This document shows, one piece after another, positions 48,503 through 59,080 of a stretch of DNA of 64,000 bases (position 1 is its first letter; each line of letters starts with the position of its first letter). The notes below the pieces were generated by a model. That model searched no databases. It saw only the letters and a program-made list of their open reading frames with translations, and was not told where the DNA came from. Source of the DNA: an uncultured bacterium (GTDB taxonomy: Bacteria; Babelota; Babeliae; Babelales; Babelaceae). The stretch is taken from positions 544,001-608,000 of the forward strand of contig CAVRKK010000002.1 in the NCBI GenBank assembly GCA_963722385.1. The letters run 5' to 3'. Position numbers and translations under genes: made by a program.

Positions 48503-49693
48503 ATGATGATTCAACGAACAATTGAGCCCGTGCTGCGTGCATATGCTGAGCAGTTTCCAGTCGTAGCTCTTATGGGACCACGCCAATCAGGGAAAACAAC
48601 ACTTGCAAGGGCTGTTTTCCCTGATTATAGATACATTACACTTGAGGACCTTGATAGGAAAGCTGAAGCTCATGAGGATCCCAGAAAATTCTTTGCTTCT
48701 CTAGCTCATGAAAAGGGAGTGATCATAGACGAGATCCAAGAAGTTCCCGAACTATTTTCCTATATGCAAGGCATCGTCGACCAGGAATACCGACCAGGCT
48801 ACTTTATCATAACCGGCTCTCAAAATTTTCTGATGCATGAAAAAATTACTCAGACGCTTGCCGGAAGAATTGCTCTTTTGACGCTACTCCCGCTTTCGAT
48901 TGTAGAGCTCGAAAAAGCACATAAGCTTCCTCAAACACTCGAGGAAGTGCTCTTGAAAGGTTTTTATCCACGGCTCTATGCTCAAAATATTGATATTCAC
49001 GCATGGTTTACTCATTACATATCCACATACATAGAGAAAGATGTTCGCCAAATTCTAGGTATTAGCAATGTCATAGCCTTTCAGCGATTTTTAAAGCTTT
49101 GCGCAGCTCGCATAGGCAATCTAGTAAATTATGCCGATCTTGCTCGTGATTGCGATATAAGCCCGAATACCGCTAAAGCTTGGATCTCGGTACTCGAAAC
49201 AAGTTATATTATTAAACTTCTTTACCCTTATCACAACAACTTTAGTAAGCGATTAATCAAAACTCCCAAGCTTTATTTTTACGATAGTGGGTTAGTAGCA
49301 GCATTTTTAGGCATCCAACATCCCAAAGATCTTTATTCACATCCGATGCGCGGAGCTCTTTTTGAATCACTTATTATCAGCGATTTATTCAAGTATTTTT
49401 ATAATGTCGGCAGAATGCCCCCGCTCTACTTTTGGCGTGATGTTCAAGGTCATGAAATCGATTGTATTATAGAAAAAAGTCTCCATCAGCTTGTACCACT
49501 TGAAGTTAAGGCAGGCATGACCATACGAGCAGATTTCTTTAAAGAACTTGCTGGATGGGGAGCAATAACCGGTCAAGCACCTGAGCAGGGCTTCCTAATA
49601 TATGCCGGAGACAGCGATCATTTACGCAAGTTTGGAAATGTCATATCATGGAGGCGCATAGAAAAAGTAACACGCACTTTCGAGCAAATATAA
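48503..49693 (+). CDS. AAA+ ATPase with DUF4143 domain
   Basis: GPRQSGKTT, IDEIQ, ITGS, KLYFYDSG, EID..LEVK. Confidence 0.9.
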   Translation: MMIQRTIEPVLRAYAEQFPVVALMGPRQSGKTTLARAVFPDYRYITLEDLDRKAEAHEDPRKFFASLAHEKGVIIDEIQEVPELFSYMQGIVDQEYRPGYFIITGSQNFLMHEKITQTLAGRIALLTLLPLSIVELEKAHKLPQTLEEVLLKGFYPRLYAQNIDIHAWFTHYISTYIEKDVRQILGISNVIAFQRFLKLCAARIGNLVNYADLARDCDISPNTAKAWISVLETSYIIKLLYPYHNNFSKRLIKTPKLYFYDSGLVAAFLGIQHPKDLYSHPMRGALFESLIISDLFKYFYNVGRMPPLYFWRDVQGHEIDCIIEKSLHQLVPLEVKAGMTIRADFFKELAGWGAITGQAPEQGFLIYAGDSDHLRKFGNVISWRRIEKVTRTFEQI

Positions 49694-49696
49694 CAT

Positions 49697-49952
49697 ATGG
49701 CAGTATTTTTTCATGTGATCCTGTTCTTTTATGCTCTCTTTACTTCATGGCCATGCTCTTCTCTTGATTTAGTTGCTACAGCTGAAGATCTATATTGGCA
49801 TCATTGTAGGCACTATTATTGGTGGTGCTGTGACAGGCGCTGTTGTAGTTGGTATAGCCGCTTACTTTGCCTGGAAGTACTTTACTCGCCATCGTGGTAG
49901 AGGTAGCGTTAATTACTCACCGGATGTGGCACCTGTGGGACAAGAATTGTAA
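49697..49952 (+). pseudogene. Collapsed surface-protein gene: signal peptide joined out of frame to a C-terminal TM anchor
   Basis: MAVFFHVILFFYALFTSWPCSS, then in the +1 frame IGIIVGTIIGG...WKYFTRHRGRGSVNYSPDVAPVGQEL*. Confidence 0.55.
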
Positions 49953-50065
49953 AGGTTCATTGTCCATCAATTCAAGGGAGCCGGCTCTGCCGAGGCCCCT
50001 CTATATTTCGCCTATTTTCTCTGTATACTTAGCAATAGAGGCTTTTTGGCAGATAGGTTTTTATA

Positions 50066-50671
50066 ATGCAGTCGCTTACTCTTAACTTTCCCACTATTTT
50101 AACATTATCCCGCCTTATTCTTTCGCCACTCATCATGCCGCTTCTGCTGATATGGGGCTTACCGCTCAACCTTGTGCACTTAAACGGTATGCTTGCACTT
50201 ATTTTTGTCTTTTTTAGCCTTACCGACTTTTTTGATGGCTACCTGGCACGCCATTACGGTCAAGAAACCGCCTTAGGGCGCCTGCTTGATCCCATAGCAG
50301 ATAAATTCCTCGTCTATTCGACCTTAATTGCGCTCGTTGCCACTCATAAGCTCTTTTTCTTTTGGACAATTATTATTGTCGGGAGAGAATTTTTAGTTAC
50401 AAGTCTTCGGGAGATTGCACTCCATTACGATTTTTCATTACCCGTTTCGTCTATTGGCAAATTAAAAACCGTGACCCAAATGATATTCGTAACCTTCGTT
50501 ATTCTTAACCCAGCCCAAGAGCAAGGTTTGAAAGCTCCAGTCTGGAATGGCGTTGAAACTTTTTTGCTCATAAGTACTTTGATTTTAACGATCGCATCAG
50601 CGTTTGTATATGCTAAGCAATTCATGTATTCATGGGAAAAGAGAACGCTGAAAAATGATTTTTATGGGTGA
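50066..50671 (+). CDS. pgsA: CDP-diacylglycerol--glycerol-3-phosphate phosphatidyltransferase
   Basis: TDFFDGYLAR..GRLLDPIADK, GKLKT. Confidence 0.95.
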   Translation: MQSLTLNFPTILTLSRLILSPLIMPLLLIWGLPLNLVHLNGMLALIFVFFSLTDFFDGYLARHYGQETALGRLLDPIADKFLVYSTLIALVATHKLFFFWTIIIVGREFLVTSLREIALHYDFSLPVSSIGKLKTVTQMIFVTFVILNPAQEQGLKAPVWNGVETFLLISTLILTIASAFVYAKQFMYSWEKRTLKNDFYG

Positions 50672-50691
50672 TAGGGGTAAGGGGAGACATA

Positions 50692-51249
50692 ATGAGCTGG
50701 TTCGTGCTATTGGTAATTATTGGTTTAATCGCCCTTATTTTTTTTCTGTACGCTCCTAAAAGGGAGGTCGCCCTTAAGGTTGGTGACAAAGCACCTAATT
50801 TTACGCTGTTTGATGATAACGGCAAAAGGCGATCATTAAGTGAATTCAAGGGTTCGACGGTCGTTCTTTACTTTTATCCAAAAGACAATACGCCAGGCTG
50901 TACGATCCAAGCATGCTCATTACGGGATACCTATCCGATATTTCAAGAAACTAATATCGTGGTCATTGGCATCAATTACGAAACAAGCGCATCGCACCAA
51001 CAATTTAAAGCCAAAAATAAATTGCCTTTTATTTTGCTCAGCGATGAAGAAAAAAAGGTAGCAAAAAAATATGGTGCCTACCTTAGCGCGCTCAATAATC
51101 TTTATCCCGAGCGTAAAACATTTCTTATCGATTCGTCGGGCCACATCATTAAAATTTTTGACAATATTGACGTTACAACCCATACCGACAGTATCTTGGC
51201 CGCTCTCGGCATAAGCACTGAGCCACAAAAAACCATACATCTGGAATAA
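50692..51249 (+). CDS. bcp: Peroxiredoxin (BCP/PrxQ) with N-terminal anchor
   Basis: YFYPKDNTPGCTIQAC. Confidence 0.92.
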   Translation: MSWFVLLVIIGLIALIFFLYAPKREVALKVGDKAPNFTLFDDNGKRRSLSEFKGSTVVLYFYPKDNTPGCTIQACSLRDTYPIFQETNIVVIGINYETSASHQQFKAKNKLPFILLSDEEKKVAKKYGAYLSALNNLYPERKTFLIDSSGHIIKIFDNIDVTTHTDSILAALGISTEPQKTIHLE

Positions 51250-51259
51250 GCTCGCTCTC

Positions 51260-52438
51260 ATGTTGCTCGATTCTTTTTTACCAATTTTTATCACGATAGC
51301 GCTCCCACCACTTATTCCTATTACCGTCGCGCTCATAGCGGGGATTGGCTGCCAGGCTTATGGCACATCATTGATTACTGGTTGGTTGAGCCTTGCCATG
51401 TGCGCGATCGCAAGCTCCCTTATACTTAACGAGAGGCAGTTTACACGCTGGTTATGGATTCTTGCCTGCTGTTGTTTAAGCTTTCTTGCTGGAAATCTAA
51501 GAACTCACCGCACCATGAGCACCTATTTCGAGTTGCAGCATCACCTCAGTGACCGGTACGTCGACATAACGGGTTGCGTAAGCGATCTGCAAAACGTCAA
51601 TCGAGGTGTTTTTAAGCAGATGCTAACCCTTGAGTTAGCCGAGCTGTCATATCAAGATCAGCGCCTTAAAATACCCCACTATCAAGCAACCATCTATGTT
51701 ACCCACCCGCTGCCCGTACAACGCGGCGATACATTGCTGTATCGAAATGTTTTTTACCGACAAGCACCAAGCGACCTTCGTACAACCTTATACGCCATCA
51801 AAGAGGGGCTGCTCGCTCAGTTTTATGTCCGCCATACCAACTATACAATTCTGCCCATCAAGCAAAGCCTGAAGGCTTCGTGGAGCGCCTATTGGAAAAA
51901 TTATCGCTCATCCGTAGCAGTGAATTTGCAACGCACTTTATCACCCCGGGCTTACGCGCTGTTGGCATCGCTTTTTCTTGGTGCTCCAGCGACCTATTTA
52001 CCTGATACTGAGATGGTTAGGGCACATTTTACCTACTGGGGCATTACTCATTACCTCGCGCGTTCTGGCATGCACGTTGCCATGACCTTGCTTATGTGGC
52101 GAATTTTGCTCGGCCTCATTCCGCTCAGCAGCCTCTATAAGCAGATAATACTCTTTCTGCTACTCGCCTTGTTTAACCTTTTATCGTGGCCAAGCATTTC
52201 TTTTACCCGCGCACTCCTTTCTTACATGTTTGCTCAGGGCTGCCTGCTTGCCAATATACCTTTGCATCCCCTGCAAACCATACCCCTTGTTTGCTTTTTT
52301 GTACTTTTATATAACCCATTTCATCTCTTTTTTTTGGGATTTCAATTAAGCTTTGGCCTGACATGTGCCCTAGCCTGGCTTAATGAGCTTGAGCTGCTCA
52401 AAACACGCCAAGGTTATAGGGCCGAGCAACCATCATAA
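51260..52438 (+). CDS. comEC: ComEC/Rec2 competence membrane protein, short form
   Basis: GITHYLARSGMHV, LYNP..LGFQLSF. Confidence 0.85.
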   Translation: MLLDSFLPIFITIALPPLIPITVALIAGIGCQAYGTSLITGWLSLAMCAIASSLILNERQFTRWLWILACCCLSFLAGNLRTHRTMSTYFELQHHLSDRYVDITGCVSDLQNVNRGVFKQMLTLELAELSYQDQRLKIPHYQATIYVTHPLPVQRGDTLLYRNVFYRQAPSDLRTTLYAIKEGLLAQFYVRHTNYTILPIKQSLKASWSAYWKNYRSSVAVNLQRTLSPRAYALLASLFLGAPATYLPDTEMVRAHFTYWGITHYLARSGMHVAMTLLMWRILLGLIPLSSLYKQIILFLLLALFNLLSWPSISFTRALLSYMFAQGCLLANIPLHPLQTIPLVCFFVLLYNPFHLFFLGFQLSFGLTCALAWLNELELLKTRQGYRAEQPS

Positions 52439-52449
52439 GGAACTAAACT

Positions 52450-53031
52450 ATGGATGCAGCAACATTTAAAAAGGTGCTCTTGACTCAAGTGTATAAGCCC
52501 TATCAGGACCTTGGCCATTGTCCTGTCAATACGCAGGGGTGCACCAAAATGGTTTTTGGAGAAGGTAATCCCAATGCACGAATCATGTTGATTGGCGAAG
52601 CGCCTGGCAAAGAAGAAGACGAGCAAGGCCGTCCTTTTATTGGCCGTTCGGGCAAGCTTTTGAACGCATGCCTTCATCGGCTCAACATCAACCGTGAAGA
52701 TGTTTTTATCACCAACGCCGTCAAATGTCGACCACCAGACAACAGGAAGCCATTACCCAACGAGATAGCCTTTTACAAAACTATTTTGTTAAACGAGCTC
52801 AAAATCGTTCGCCCAGCAATTATTTGCACCCTAGGCGCCTCAGCACTTGAAGCATTAATTCACGAACCATTTTCGATAACAAAAATCCGGGGGAAACTCC
52901 TGTCATATCAGGGCATACCACTTATCCCGACATTTCATCCGGCTTACGTGTTACGAAATCCTAGCGCCGAGAAAGAATTTATGCAAGACCTGGCCAATGT
53001 TATCAGACTAGCCCAAAACGAGAAAAAATAA
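52450..53031 (+). CDS. Uracil-DNA glycosylase family 4
   Basis: GEAPG..ED..GRPF.GRSG, KCRPP.NR, TFHPAY. Confidence 0.93.
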   Translation: MDAATFKKVLLTQVYKPYQDLGHCPVNTQGCTKMVFGEGNPNARIMLIGEAPGKEEDEQGRPFIGRSGKLLNACLHRLNINREDVFITNAVKCRPPDNRKPLPNEIAFYKTILLNELKIVRPAIICTLGASALEALIHEPFSITKIRGKLLSYQGIPLIPTFHPAYVLRNPSAEKEFMQDLANVIRLAQNEKK

Positions 53032-53090
53032 CACAAATAATGCCAGACACCTATTAAATATTTCTGGTAGAAACAAAGAGTAAGAGAAGG

Positions 53091-53410
53091 GTGGTGGATA
53101 AGTGGTGGATAAGTGGTGGATAAGTGGTGGATAAGTTCTTGTTTCAAAATTTCTTTACGACTTAAAAAGCACCTATTAATCAACAAACCGGAAGCACCGA
53201 ACATTTAATTCAACGATGGGAAGGACATAATAAACCACCCCAAAAAAGTTATCCACCACTTATCCACCACTTATCCACCACCCTTGGATATAAAAAAAGG
53301 CTTTATCTAAGCACATTTTTTTACGTTTTTTGGCAAGTTATCCACCACAAGCCGCTTGCCTACTACTATATAATATATATATTCTTAATATACTAAGAAG
53401 AGTAGTAGTG
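53091..53410. other. oriC: Probable replication origin (oriC)
   Basis: 4x GTGGTGGATAA (53091-53134), 3x TTATCCACCAC (53249-53281), an eighth box at 53338-53348, then a GC patch, TACTACTAT and an AT-rich run; apparent C-rich to G-rich skew change. Confidence 0.72.
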
Positions 53411-53543
53411 GTATTACCCAAACTGAAAAGGGGACGCTTGAGCGAATAATGGAGGAGGGCGGGTTTTACTTTTAGCTAATTTGTGCTATTCTCTAACTGT
53501 TGCTTTCGATGAGATTATCTGCATATAAAACGTAAGGGAAGCG

Positions 53544-54614
53544 GTGAAGTTATCACAGGTTATTGAAGAGCTTGTAGAAGAAAAAGGCCTTGATCGAGCC
53601 CTTATCACCGATATTGTATCGGAAGGGATTGTGAGTGCTTATCTTAAAAAATACCCTACAGCCCAACTGTCGGTAACGTATAATCGTAAAAGCGATGATC
53701 TATCAATTCTTGCAAAAAAAACCGTGGCGGCAAGCGTTAAAGATGATATAGTGGAGATTTCCCTAAGAAAAGCTCGCTCTATTCGTGAAGATGCTCAACT
53801 GGGCGATGTAGTTGAGCTCCCTTTTCAAGAACCTATAGGGAGAATAGAGATTTTGCGCGCCAAGCAATATATACAGCAACGCATTCGTGAGGTCGAGGCG
53901 TCGGCAATCTATAATCAGTTTAAAGATAAGGTCAATACCATTGTGACAGGCGTTGTCCATAAAGCTGAGCATGCTGGCGTAACGGTCAAACTGAATGAAG
54001 CGCTTGCTTTCTTGCCAAAATCGCTCATGATACCTGGTGAGGAATGCCCTGTTGGTCATACGATTAAGGCTTTGCTCAAGGAAGTCTTGCCCGAGCCACG
54101 TAATGAAAACCAGCTTATTCTCGATCGCCGCTCTCCTTTGTTTGTGGTCCGGCTGTTTGAGCTGGAAATTCCCGAAGTATTTGAAAAAATAGTAGAGGTC
54201 AAAAAAATTGTACGCATACCAGGATATAAGTCCAAAATTATTGTTGCTTCTAACGATAAAAATATCGATCCCGTTGGCACCTGTATTGGCGTTGGTGGTG
54301 CTCGTATTAAGCCCATCTTGCGTGAGTTAAAAAATGAAAAGATCGACGTTATTAAATTCTCCCATTCACTGGAAGATTTGGTTCGTGATGCACTTAAGCC
54401 AGCAGTGATCAATCGCGTTGAAATTGTGGACCCGCAAAACGTTCAGGTTTGGCTTGATGAAGATCAGCGCTCGCTTGCTATTGGCAAAGGCGGCCAAAAT
54501 ATTGATTTGGCGAGTGAGCTTGTTGGTTCAACTATCCATCTGGCAAAAAGTGAGCCTGCCGAAAGCCTGGCGCTATCATTAGATGAAGAAGCCGAAAAAG
54601 GCGATGAATTATAA
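53544..54614 (+). CDS. nusA: Transcription termination/antitermination factor NusA
   Basis: EEKGL, FELEIPEV, DPVGTCIGVGGARI, AIGKGGQN. Confidence 0.97.
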   Translation: MKLSQVIEELVEEKGLDRALITDIVSEGIVSAYLKKYPTAQLSVTYNRKSDDLSILAKKTVAASVKDDIVEISLRKARSIREDAQLGDVVELPFQEPIGRIEILRAKQYIQQRIREVEASAIYNQFKDKVNTIVTGVVHKAEHAGVTVKLNEALAFLPKSLMIPGEECPVGHTIKALLKEVLPEPRNENQLILDRRSPLFVVRLFELEIPEVFEKIVEVKKIVRIPGYKSKIIVASNDKNIDPVGTCIGVGGARIKPILRELKNEKIDVIKFSHSLEDLVRDALKPAVINRVEIVDPQNVQVWLDEDQRSLAIGKGGQNIDLASELVGSTIHLAKSEPAESLALSLDEEAEKGDEL

Positions 54615-54622
54615 AGGGGCCT

Positions 54623-56587
54623 ATGAGAATTTACGAATTCGCGCGAAATCACGAAATCCCTACCAAAGAGGTGCTCCATTTTCTGCAGCAGCATAATGTT
54701 GACGTTCATAGCCATATGGCAGTGATACCGGATGACGCAATGGAACTGCTTGCCAAAAAGTTTGTAAAGTCGACGCAAGCAGCAGAAGTTGCGCCTGAGC
54801 CCAAGCCGAACATTCCTCCGCCAGCGCCCGTGACGCCGGCGCCACAAAAAATGGTCCCCGAAAAGCCTGCTGCTCCTTCGCCAACAAGCGAGGTCATTCC
54901 TCTTGAGCCTATGACGATCGCCCAATTTGCGACATTGGCAAAAAAGCCGGTAAGCGACGTGATTTTGACACTTTTGCGCCAGGGCATGGTCGCGGTTAAA
55001 AATCAAGTGGTTAATGAAAAAGTCGTGGCACAACTTACCCGTTTTTATGGGCTTAAAATAGCTGAGCAAGCCCAACAGGCTCGCCGCGAGACCAGGCCGG
55101 TTGCTGAGCTTAAAGGCCACCAAGTGCAAGAGCGACTGCCGATCGTGGTTGTTATAGGGCACGTTGACCATGGCAAAACAACCCTCTTGGATTTTATTCG
55201 TAAGACGCGGGTAGCAGCCAAAGAAAAAGGGGGTATTACGCAGCACCTTGGTGCCTATGAAGCCCACACCAAGCAAGGAAATCTTGTTTTTCTTGATACG
55301 CCAGGACATGAAGCTTTTACCAAGATGCGCGAGCGCGGAACGAAGCTTGCTGATATAGCGGTCCTTGTAGTGGCAGCTGACGATGGTGTTATGCCGCAAA
55401 CGATTGAAGCAGTCAAGCAGGCACAGGCCGCAAAAATTCCACTCATTGTGGCGATTAATAAAATCGACAAGGTTGGCCCTCAGCAGATTGAGAATGTAAA
55501 GCGTGCGTTGACGCAGTACGGACTCGTATCGGAAGAATGGGGGGGCCAGACGATCTTTGTCCCGATTTCGGCTAAGTTTGGTACGGGGGTCGATGACCTT
55601 CTTGATATTCTCGTTTTGCAATCGAAGCTTTTGGAGCTCGTCGCCATGCTCGATGTGCCAGCCCAAGGGTATATTCTGGAAGCAAAACAAGAAAAAGGAA
55701 GAGGGCCGGTGGCAACGATCATTGTACAGAATGGCATTCTGCGTGTAGGCGACAATTTTATTGCTGGTGGCCGGATCAGCGGCAAGGTAAGCTCTCTTAT
55801 AGATTCATGGGGCAAGCGAGTAATTGAGGCGTATCCTTCGCAGCCCATACAAGTGGCTGGCTTCGATACTTTACCCCAAGCGGGGGACACTTTTGAGGTT
55901 GTTTCGGCCTCAATGGTAAAGAAGCAGCGCCAAGTGGGGGTATCAAAATTACCAAGCGTTCGTTCCACTGCCCAAGAGCAAGGCCTTAATCTTGTTATCA
56001 AAGTGGATAACGATTCCTCGCGTGAAGTGGTGCTTGATGCAGTACACAAGATCAATGAAAAAGCTTTTAAAAAGCTCCATGTATTATACTGCGCCATTGG
56101 CCAGGTCTCTGAGAGCGATGTTCAGCTTGCGAGCGATACGCAGGCAAATATTTATACGCTTCATACGCGGGCTGATGCGGCAGCGATTGCATTAAGCATG
56201 AAGCTGAGCGTTGCTATTAAGCAGTTCGATATAATTTATAAGCTTCTTGAAAATCTTGAGGCAGCGACGCAAGAAGGCCGCCCCATTAAAAAAATAACGA
56301 AAAAGACGGGAGAAGCGGTAGTGCTCAAAGTCTTTGACATTAAGGGGCTTGGTGTTATTGCTGGAGCGCAGGTACGTACCGGCAAGCTTGTTAAGGATGG
56401 CAAGGTTATCGTATGGCGTGGCAAGCATAAAGTCGGTGAAGGGGTTATTAAAAGCCTCCAGCGAGAAAAAAAATCGATCAAAGAAGCAACCAGTGGCATG
56501 GAATGCGCTTTTATGGTAGATGATTTTAATGCATGGCTGCCTGACGACCGCGTTGAGTGCTTCCAAGAAGTTCCTGCCGAAACTTAA
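54623..56587 (+). CDS. infB: Translation initiation factor IF-2
   Basis: [27 protein letters not shown]. Confidence 0.98.
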   Translation: MRIYEFARNHEIPTKEVLHFLQQHNVDVHSHMAVIPDDAMELLAKKFVKSTQAAEVAPEPKPNIPPPAPVTPAPQKMVPEKPAAPSPTSEVIPLEPMTIAQFATLAKKPVSDVILTLLRQGMVAVKNQVVNEKVVAQLTRFYGLKIAEQAQQARRETRPVAELKGHQVQERLPIVVVIGHVDHGKTTLLDFIRKTRVAAKEKGGITQHLGAYEAHTKQGNLVFLDTPGHEAFTKMRERGTKLADIAVLVVAADDGVMPQTIEAVKQAQAAKIPLIVAINKIDKVGPQQIENVKRALTQYGLVSEEWGGQTIFVPISAKFGTGVDDLLDILVLQSKLLELVAMLDVPAQGYILEAKQEKGRGPVATIIVQNGILRVGDNFIAGGRISGKVSSLIDSWGKRVIEAYPSQPIQVAGFDTLPQAGDTFEVVSASMVKKQRQVGVSKLPSVRSTAQEQGLNLVIKVDNDSSREVVLDAVHKINEKAFKKLHVLYCAIGQVSESDVQLASDTQANIYTLHTRADAAAIALSMKLSVAIKQFDIIYKLLENLEAATQEGRPIKKITKKTGEAVVLKVFDIKGLGVIAGAQVRTGKLVKDGKVIVWRGKHKVGEGVIKSLQREKKSIKEATSGMECAFMVDDFNAWLPDDRVECFQEVPAET

Positions 56588-56599
56588 TGGGAGGCAACA

Positions 56600-57616
56600 G
56601 TGTGGCTTGCTTGGTATACCCAATTGGGCGTAACTATGCTGGCCTCTTTTTTGTCGGCACTTTATTTTGGGCCCATTTGCATTGCGCTTGCCCATAAGCT
56701 CAATTTTCTCGATTTTCCCACCACGAGCCTAAAAAATCATCGACAACCTACCCCTTACCTTGGGGGCCTCGTCGTGTATCTGGGCATGCTTGTCGCGCTT
56801 ATGCTCGTCTTTCCCCTTTATCATACGAGCAATTTTTTTGTCTTGGGGGCGACGTTCCTTTTGCTCATTGGTCTTGTTGATGACTCGATTTCGCTAAAGC
56901 CATATCAAAAGATTGTCGGGCAGTTGATCGCGACTACCTTTATGGTCAAGGGTGGTCTCCATTTTAAAGAGACGTTCTTATTACATAGTCAACCATTGGA
57001 GTATTTGTTCTGGGTCATCGTGTCCGGCTTTTGGATGCTTGTAATGATCAACGCCTTCAATCTTGTCGATGTTATGGATGGACTTGCCGCCACTATTGCT
57101 TTGACCGCAGCGATTGCTTTTTTTGCCCTTTCGCTTGTGACGCAAGCCTGGCCAGCGTCGCTTTTTCTTGGTGCGTTAATAGGCGCATTGCTTGGCTTTT
57201 TATGGTTCAATCGACCGCCGGCGCGCATTTACCTGGGAGATGCCGGCTCACTTTTTGTGGGAGGCATTCTCGGTGCGGTGCCCTTTATGATTCCCTGGGG
57301 GACATTCTCATGGCACGGTTATATCGCTCCCCTTGTTATCTTGTTTATCCCTTTGCTCGAGGTCGGCACGTTAATTATTATTCGGACGCTCATGGGCATA
57401 CCCTTTTATCAAGGAAGCCCCCACCATTTTTCCCATTTTTTACGAAAAAAGGGTTGGTCTCCCACGAATATCTTAATTTATACCGTGTTGTGCAATGTGT
57501 TGCTTTGTGGTCTCATTCTATGCTACCTATCCGGCGTCCTAGAGCTCTTTCCCCTTGTGTTGTTATTATCGTTGTTTGTTATTTTTTGGTATTTTATTCT
57601 TTTTTTTGTAAAATAA
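56600..57616 (+). CDS. MraY/WecA-family polyprenyl-phosphate sugar-phosphate transferase
   Basis: PYLGG, GLVDD, NAFNLVDVMDGL, YLGDAGS, HHFSH. Confidence 0.9.
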   Translation: MWLAWYTQLGVTMLASFLSALYFGPICIALAHKLNFLDFPTTSLKNHRQPTPYLGGLVVYLGMLVALMLVFPLYHTSNFFVLGATFLLLIGLVDDSISLKPYQKIVGQLIATTFMVKGGLHFKETFLLHSQPLEYLFWVIVSGFWMLVMINAFNLVDVMDGLAATIALTAAIAFFALSLVTQAWPASLFLGALIGALLGFLWFNRPPARIYLGDAGSLFVGGILGAVPFMIPWGTFSWHGYIAPLVILFIPLLEVGTLIIIRTLMGIPFYQGSPHHFSHFLRKKGWSPTNILIYTVLCNVLLCGLILCYLSGVLELFPLVLLLSLFVIFWYFILFFVK

Positions 57617-57755
57617 GTGCCAGATAAGAATATGTTGCGAATTGCAAATTTCGATGGTCAAAACAACCGGTTTTTTGAAAAATGCCCTTAAACACGACGT
57701 GATTTTGTTGTTGCGCGACTAGTTCGAAAAGTTTTGTTGTTTTTTATGCTTGCTT

Positions 57756-57906
57756 GGGGGACACTAAATACGCCTCATCATTGATATCTCATAAAGTATC
57801 TATGTAAACTCCTTGAGCACATAGATGGTATTGGTTTTAAAGGCGCTGCGTACACAGCGACTTTCTAGGGGGGACACATCCAGTCCGTGCCCTCCTAGAA
57901 AGTCGC
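57756..57906. other. Structured intergenic element, candidate ncRNA
   Basis: 13-bp perfect stem GCGACTTTCTAGG/CCTAGAAAGTCGC (57857-57906); second stem ATCTATGT/ACATAGAT; repeated GGGGGACAC. Confidence 0.35.
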
Positions 57907-58045
57907 CCAATATTAAGAAATTATAAAAAGAACCATTCCCCCTTTCTCTTTGTCCCTGCAGTGCTTATGCTTGGTGATTGGTGATAAAATAGAGCATAGA
58001 TCGCTGAGCTTAAATAAAATCAAGTCTCAAGTACTGCATTCAGAG

Positions 58046-58071
58046 CAGTGGCTAACGCACGTTAGCCACTG
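58046..58071 (-). terminator. Hairpin just downstream of nfo
   Basis: 11-bp stem CAGTGGCTAAC/GTTAGCCACTG. Confidence 0.55.
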
Positions 58072-58086
58072 ACTTTGCATTCAAGA

Positions 58087-58956
58087 TTATTTGATCAGGC
58101 TTCTAAGCAGATCCAGATTTTGTTGGTAAAGTCTTAGAGCATCTTTGGCGTAATTTTCGTAAGGTGTCTCGAGAATCTTAGGTATGGTAGCAAATCGCCG
58201 ATCATTAACGATGAGCCTAAATCCTTCAAGGCCTATGGTGCCTTTGCCTATTTGCTCATGTCGATCGACATGAGAGCCGAGACCGCGCTTGGCGCCATTA
58301 AGATGAAAAACATGGAGATTTTTAAGGCCGAGCAGGTCGTCAAATTCTTTCCAAAAAGTATCATACGTGGTTGGTGTGGTGAAGTCATAACCGGCCGCAA
58401 ACAAGTGGCACGTATCGACGCAGAAGCCGAGCTTTTTTTTGTGTTTTGCCTGCTGGTGTATTGTCCGTAATTGTTTGAGTTCGTAACCAACGGAGGTGCC
58501 TTGACCTGCCGTATTTTCAAGAAGAAGCACCGTAGCTCCTTTGCTCTCGCCCAATGCTTGATCAACACCTTGGCTTATGAGGCTTAAGCATTCTTCAATA
58601 GTTCCCCTGCCATAAGAACCGGGGTGAAGTACGAGATAAGGAATGCCAAGCTGCTCGCATTGCTCAAGCTCTTTGATAAGCATTGCAAGAGACTTTATGC
58701 GGAGCTCTCTATTTTCTGAGCCAAGATTTACCAGATAGCTTGCGTGAACGACAAAGTCCTGAATGCTCGAGGTTTTGGCCGATTTTTTAAATAAATCTAT
58801 ACTTTGTTGGGTAAGATCTTTCATGGCCCATTGTCGATTACTGTGCAAAAACATTTGTAGAGCGGTGCAACCAATTGACTCGCCATCAGCAATCATTTTA
58901 TCAAAGCCCTTGCTGATCGAAAGATGGGCGCCTAAAGGTTGGTTGGCAAGGTTCAT
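58087..58956 (-). CDS. nfo: Endonuclease IV
   Basis: GAHLSI, HASYLVNL, HPG, ENTAGQG, DTCH, DRHE, LETP. Confidence 0.96.
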   Translation of the reverse strand: MNLANQPLGAHLSISKGFDKMIADGESIGCTALQMFLHSNRQWAMKDLTQQSIDLFKKSAKTSSIQDFVVHASYLVNLGSENRELRIKSLAMLIKELEQCEQLGIPYLVLHPGSYGRGTIEECLSLISQGVDQALGESKGATVLLLENTAGQGTSVGYELKQLRTIHQQAKHKKKLGFCVDTCHLFAAGYDFTTPTTYDTFWKEFDDLLGLKNLHVFHLNGAKRGLGSHVDRHEQIGKGTIGLEGFRLIVNDRRFATIPKILETPYENYAKDALRLYQQNLDLLRSLIK

Positions 58957-59080
58957 GGGTCTCCTTTTTTAGTATGGTGAATTGACAAAGTATGTAAAAT
59001 TAGTAAATTGTAATCTGTTTCTTGTACATCGTACTAACTTCTTTTTTTGCTTCGCCATTAAAGATTATTGAGGTCCTTCT

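Noticed and set aside
48370..50002. Degenerate GCTCTGCCG hairpins near 48372 and 49981 as IS-like ends around the ATPase
   Set aside because: Too short and degenerate to support a mobile-element call.
53091..53281. Short CRISPR array or ORF 52944..53204
   Set aside because: Direct 11-bp tandem units without spacers; the ORF is a translation of the repeat.
54464..55690. 408-aa minus-strand ORF
   Set aside because: Antisense shadow of nusA/infB with no recognisable motifs.
58035..58083. TGCATTCA direct repeats flanking a hairpin as a target-site duplication
   Set aside because: Single instance, better explained as the nfo terminator; could be chance.
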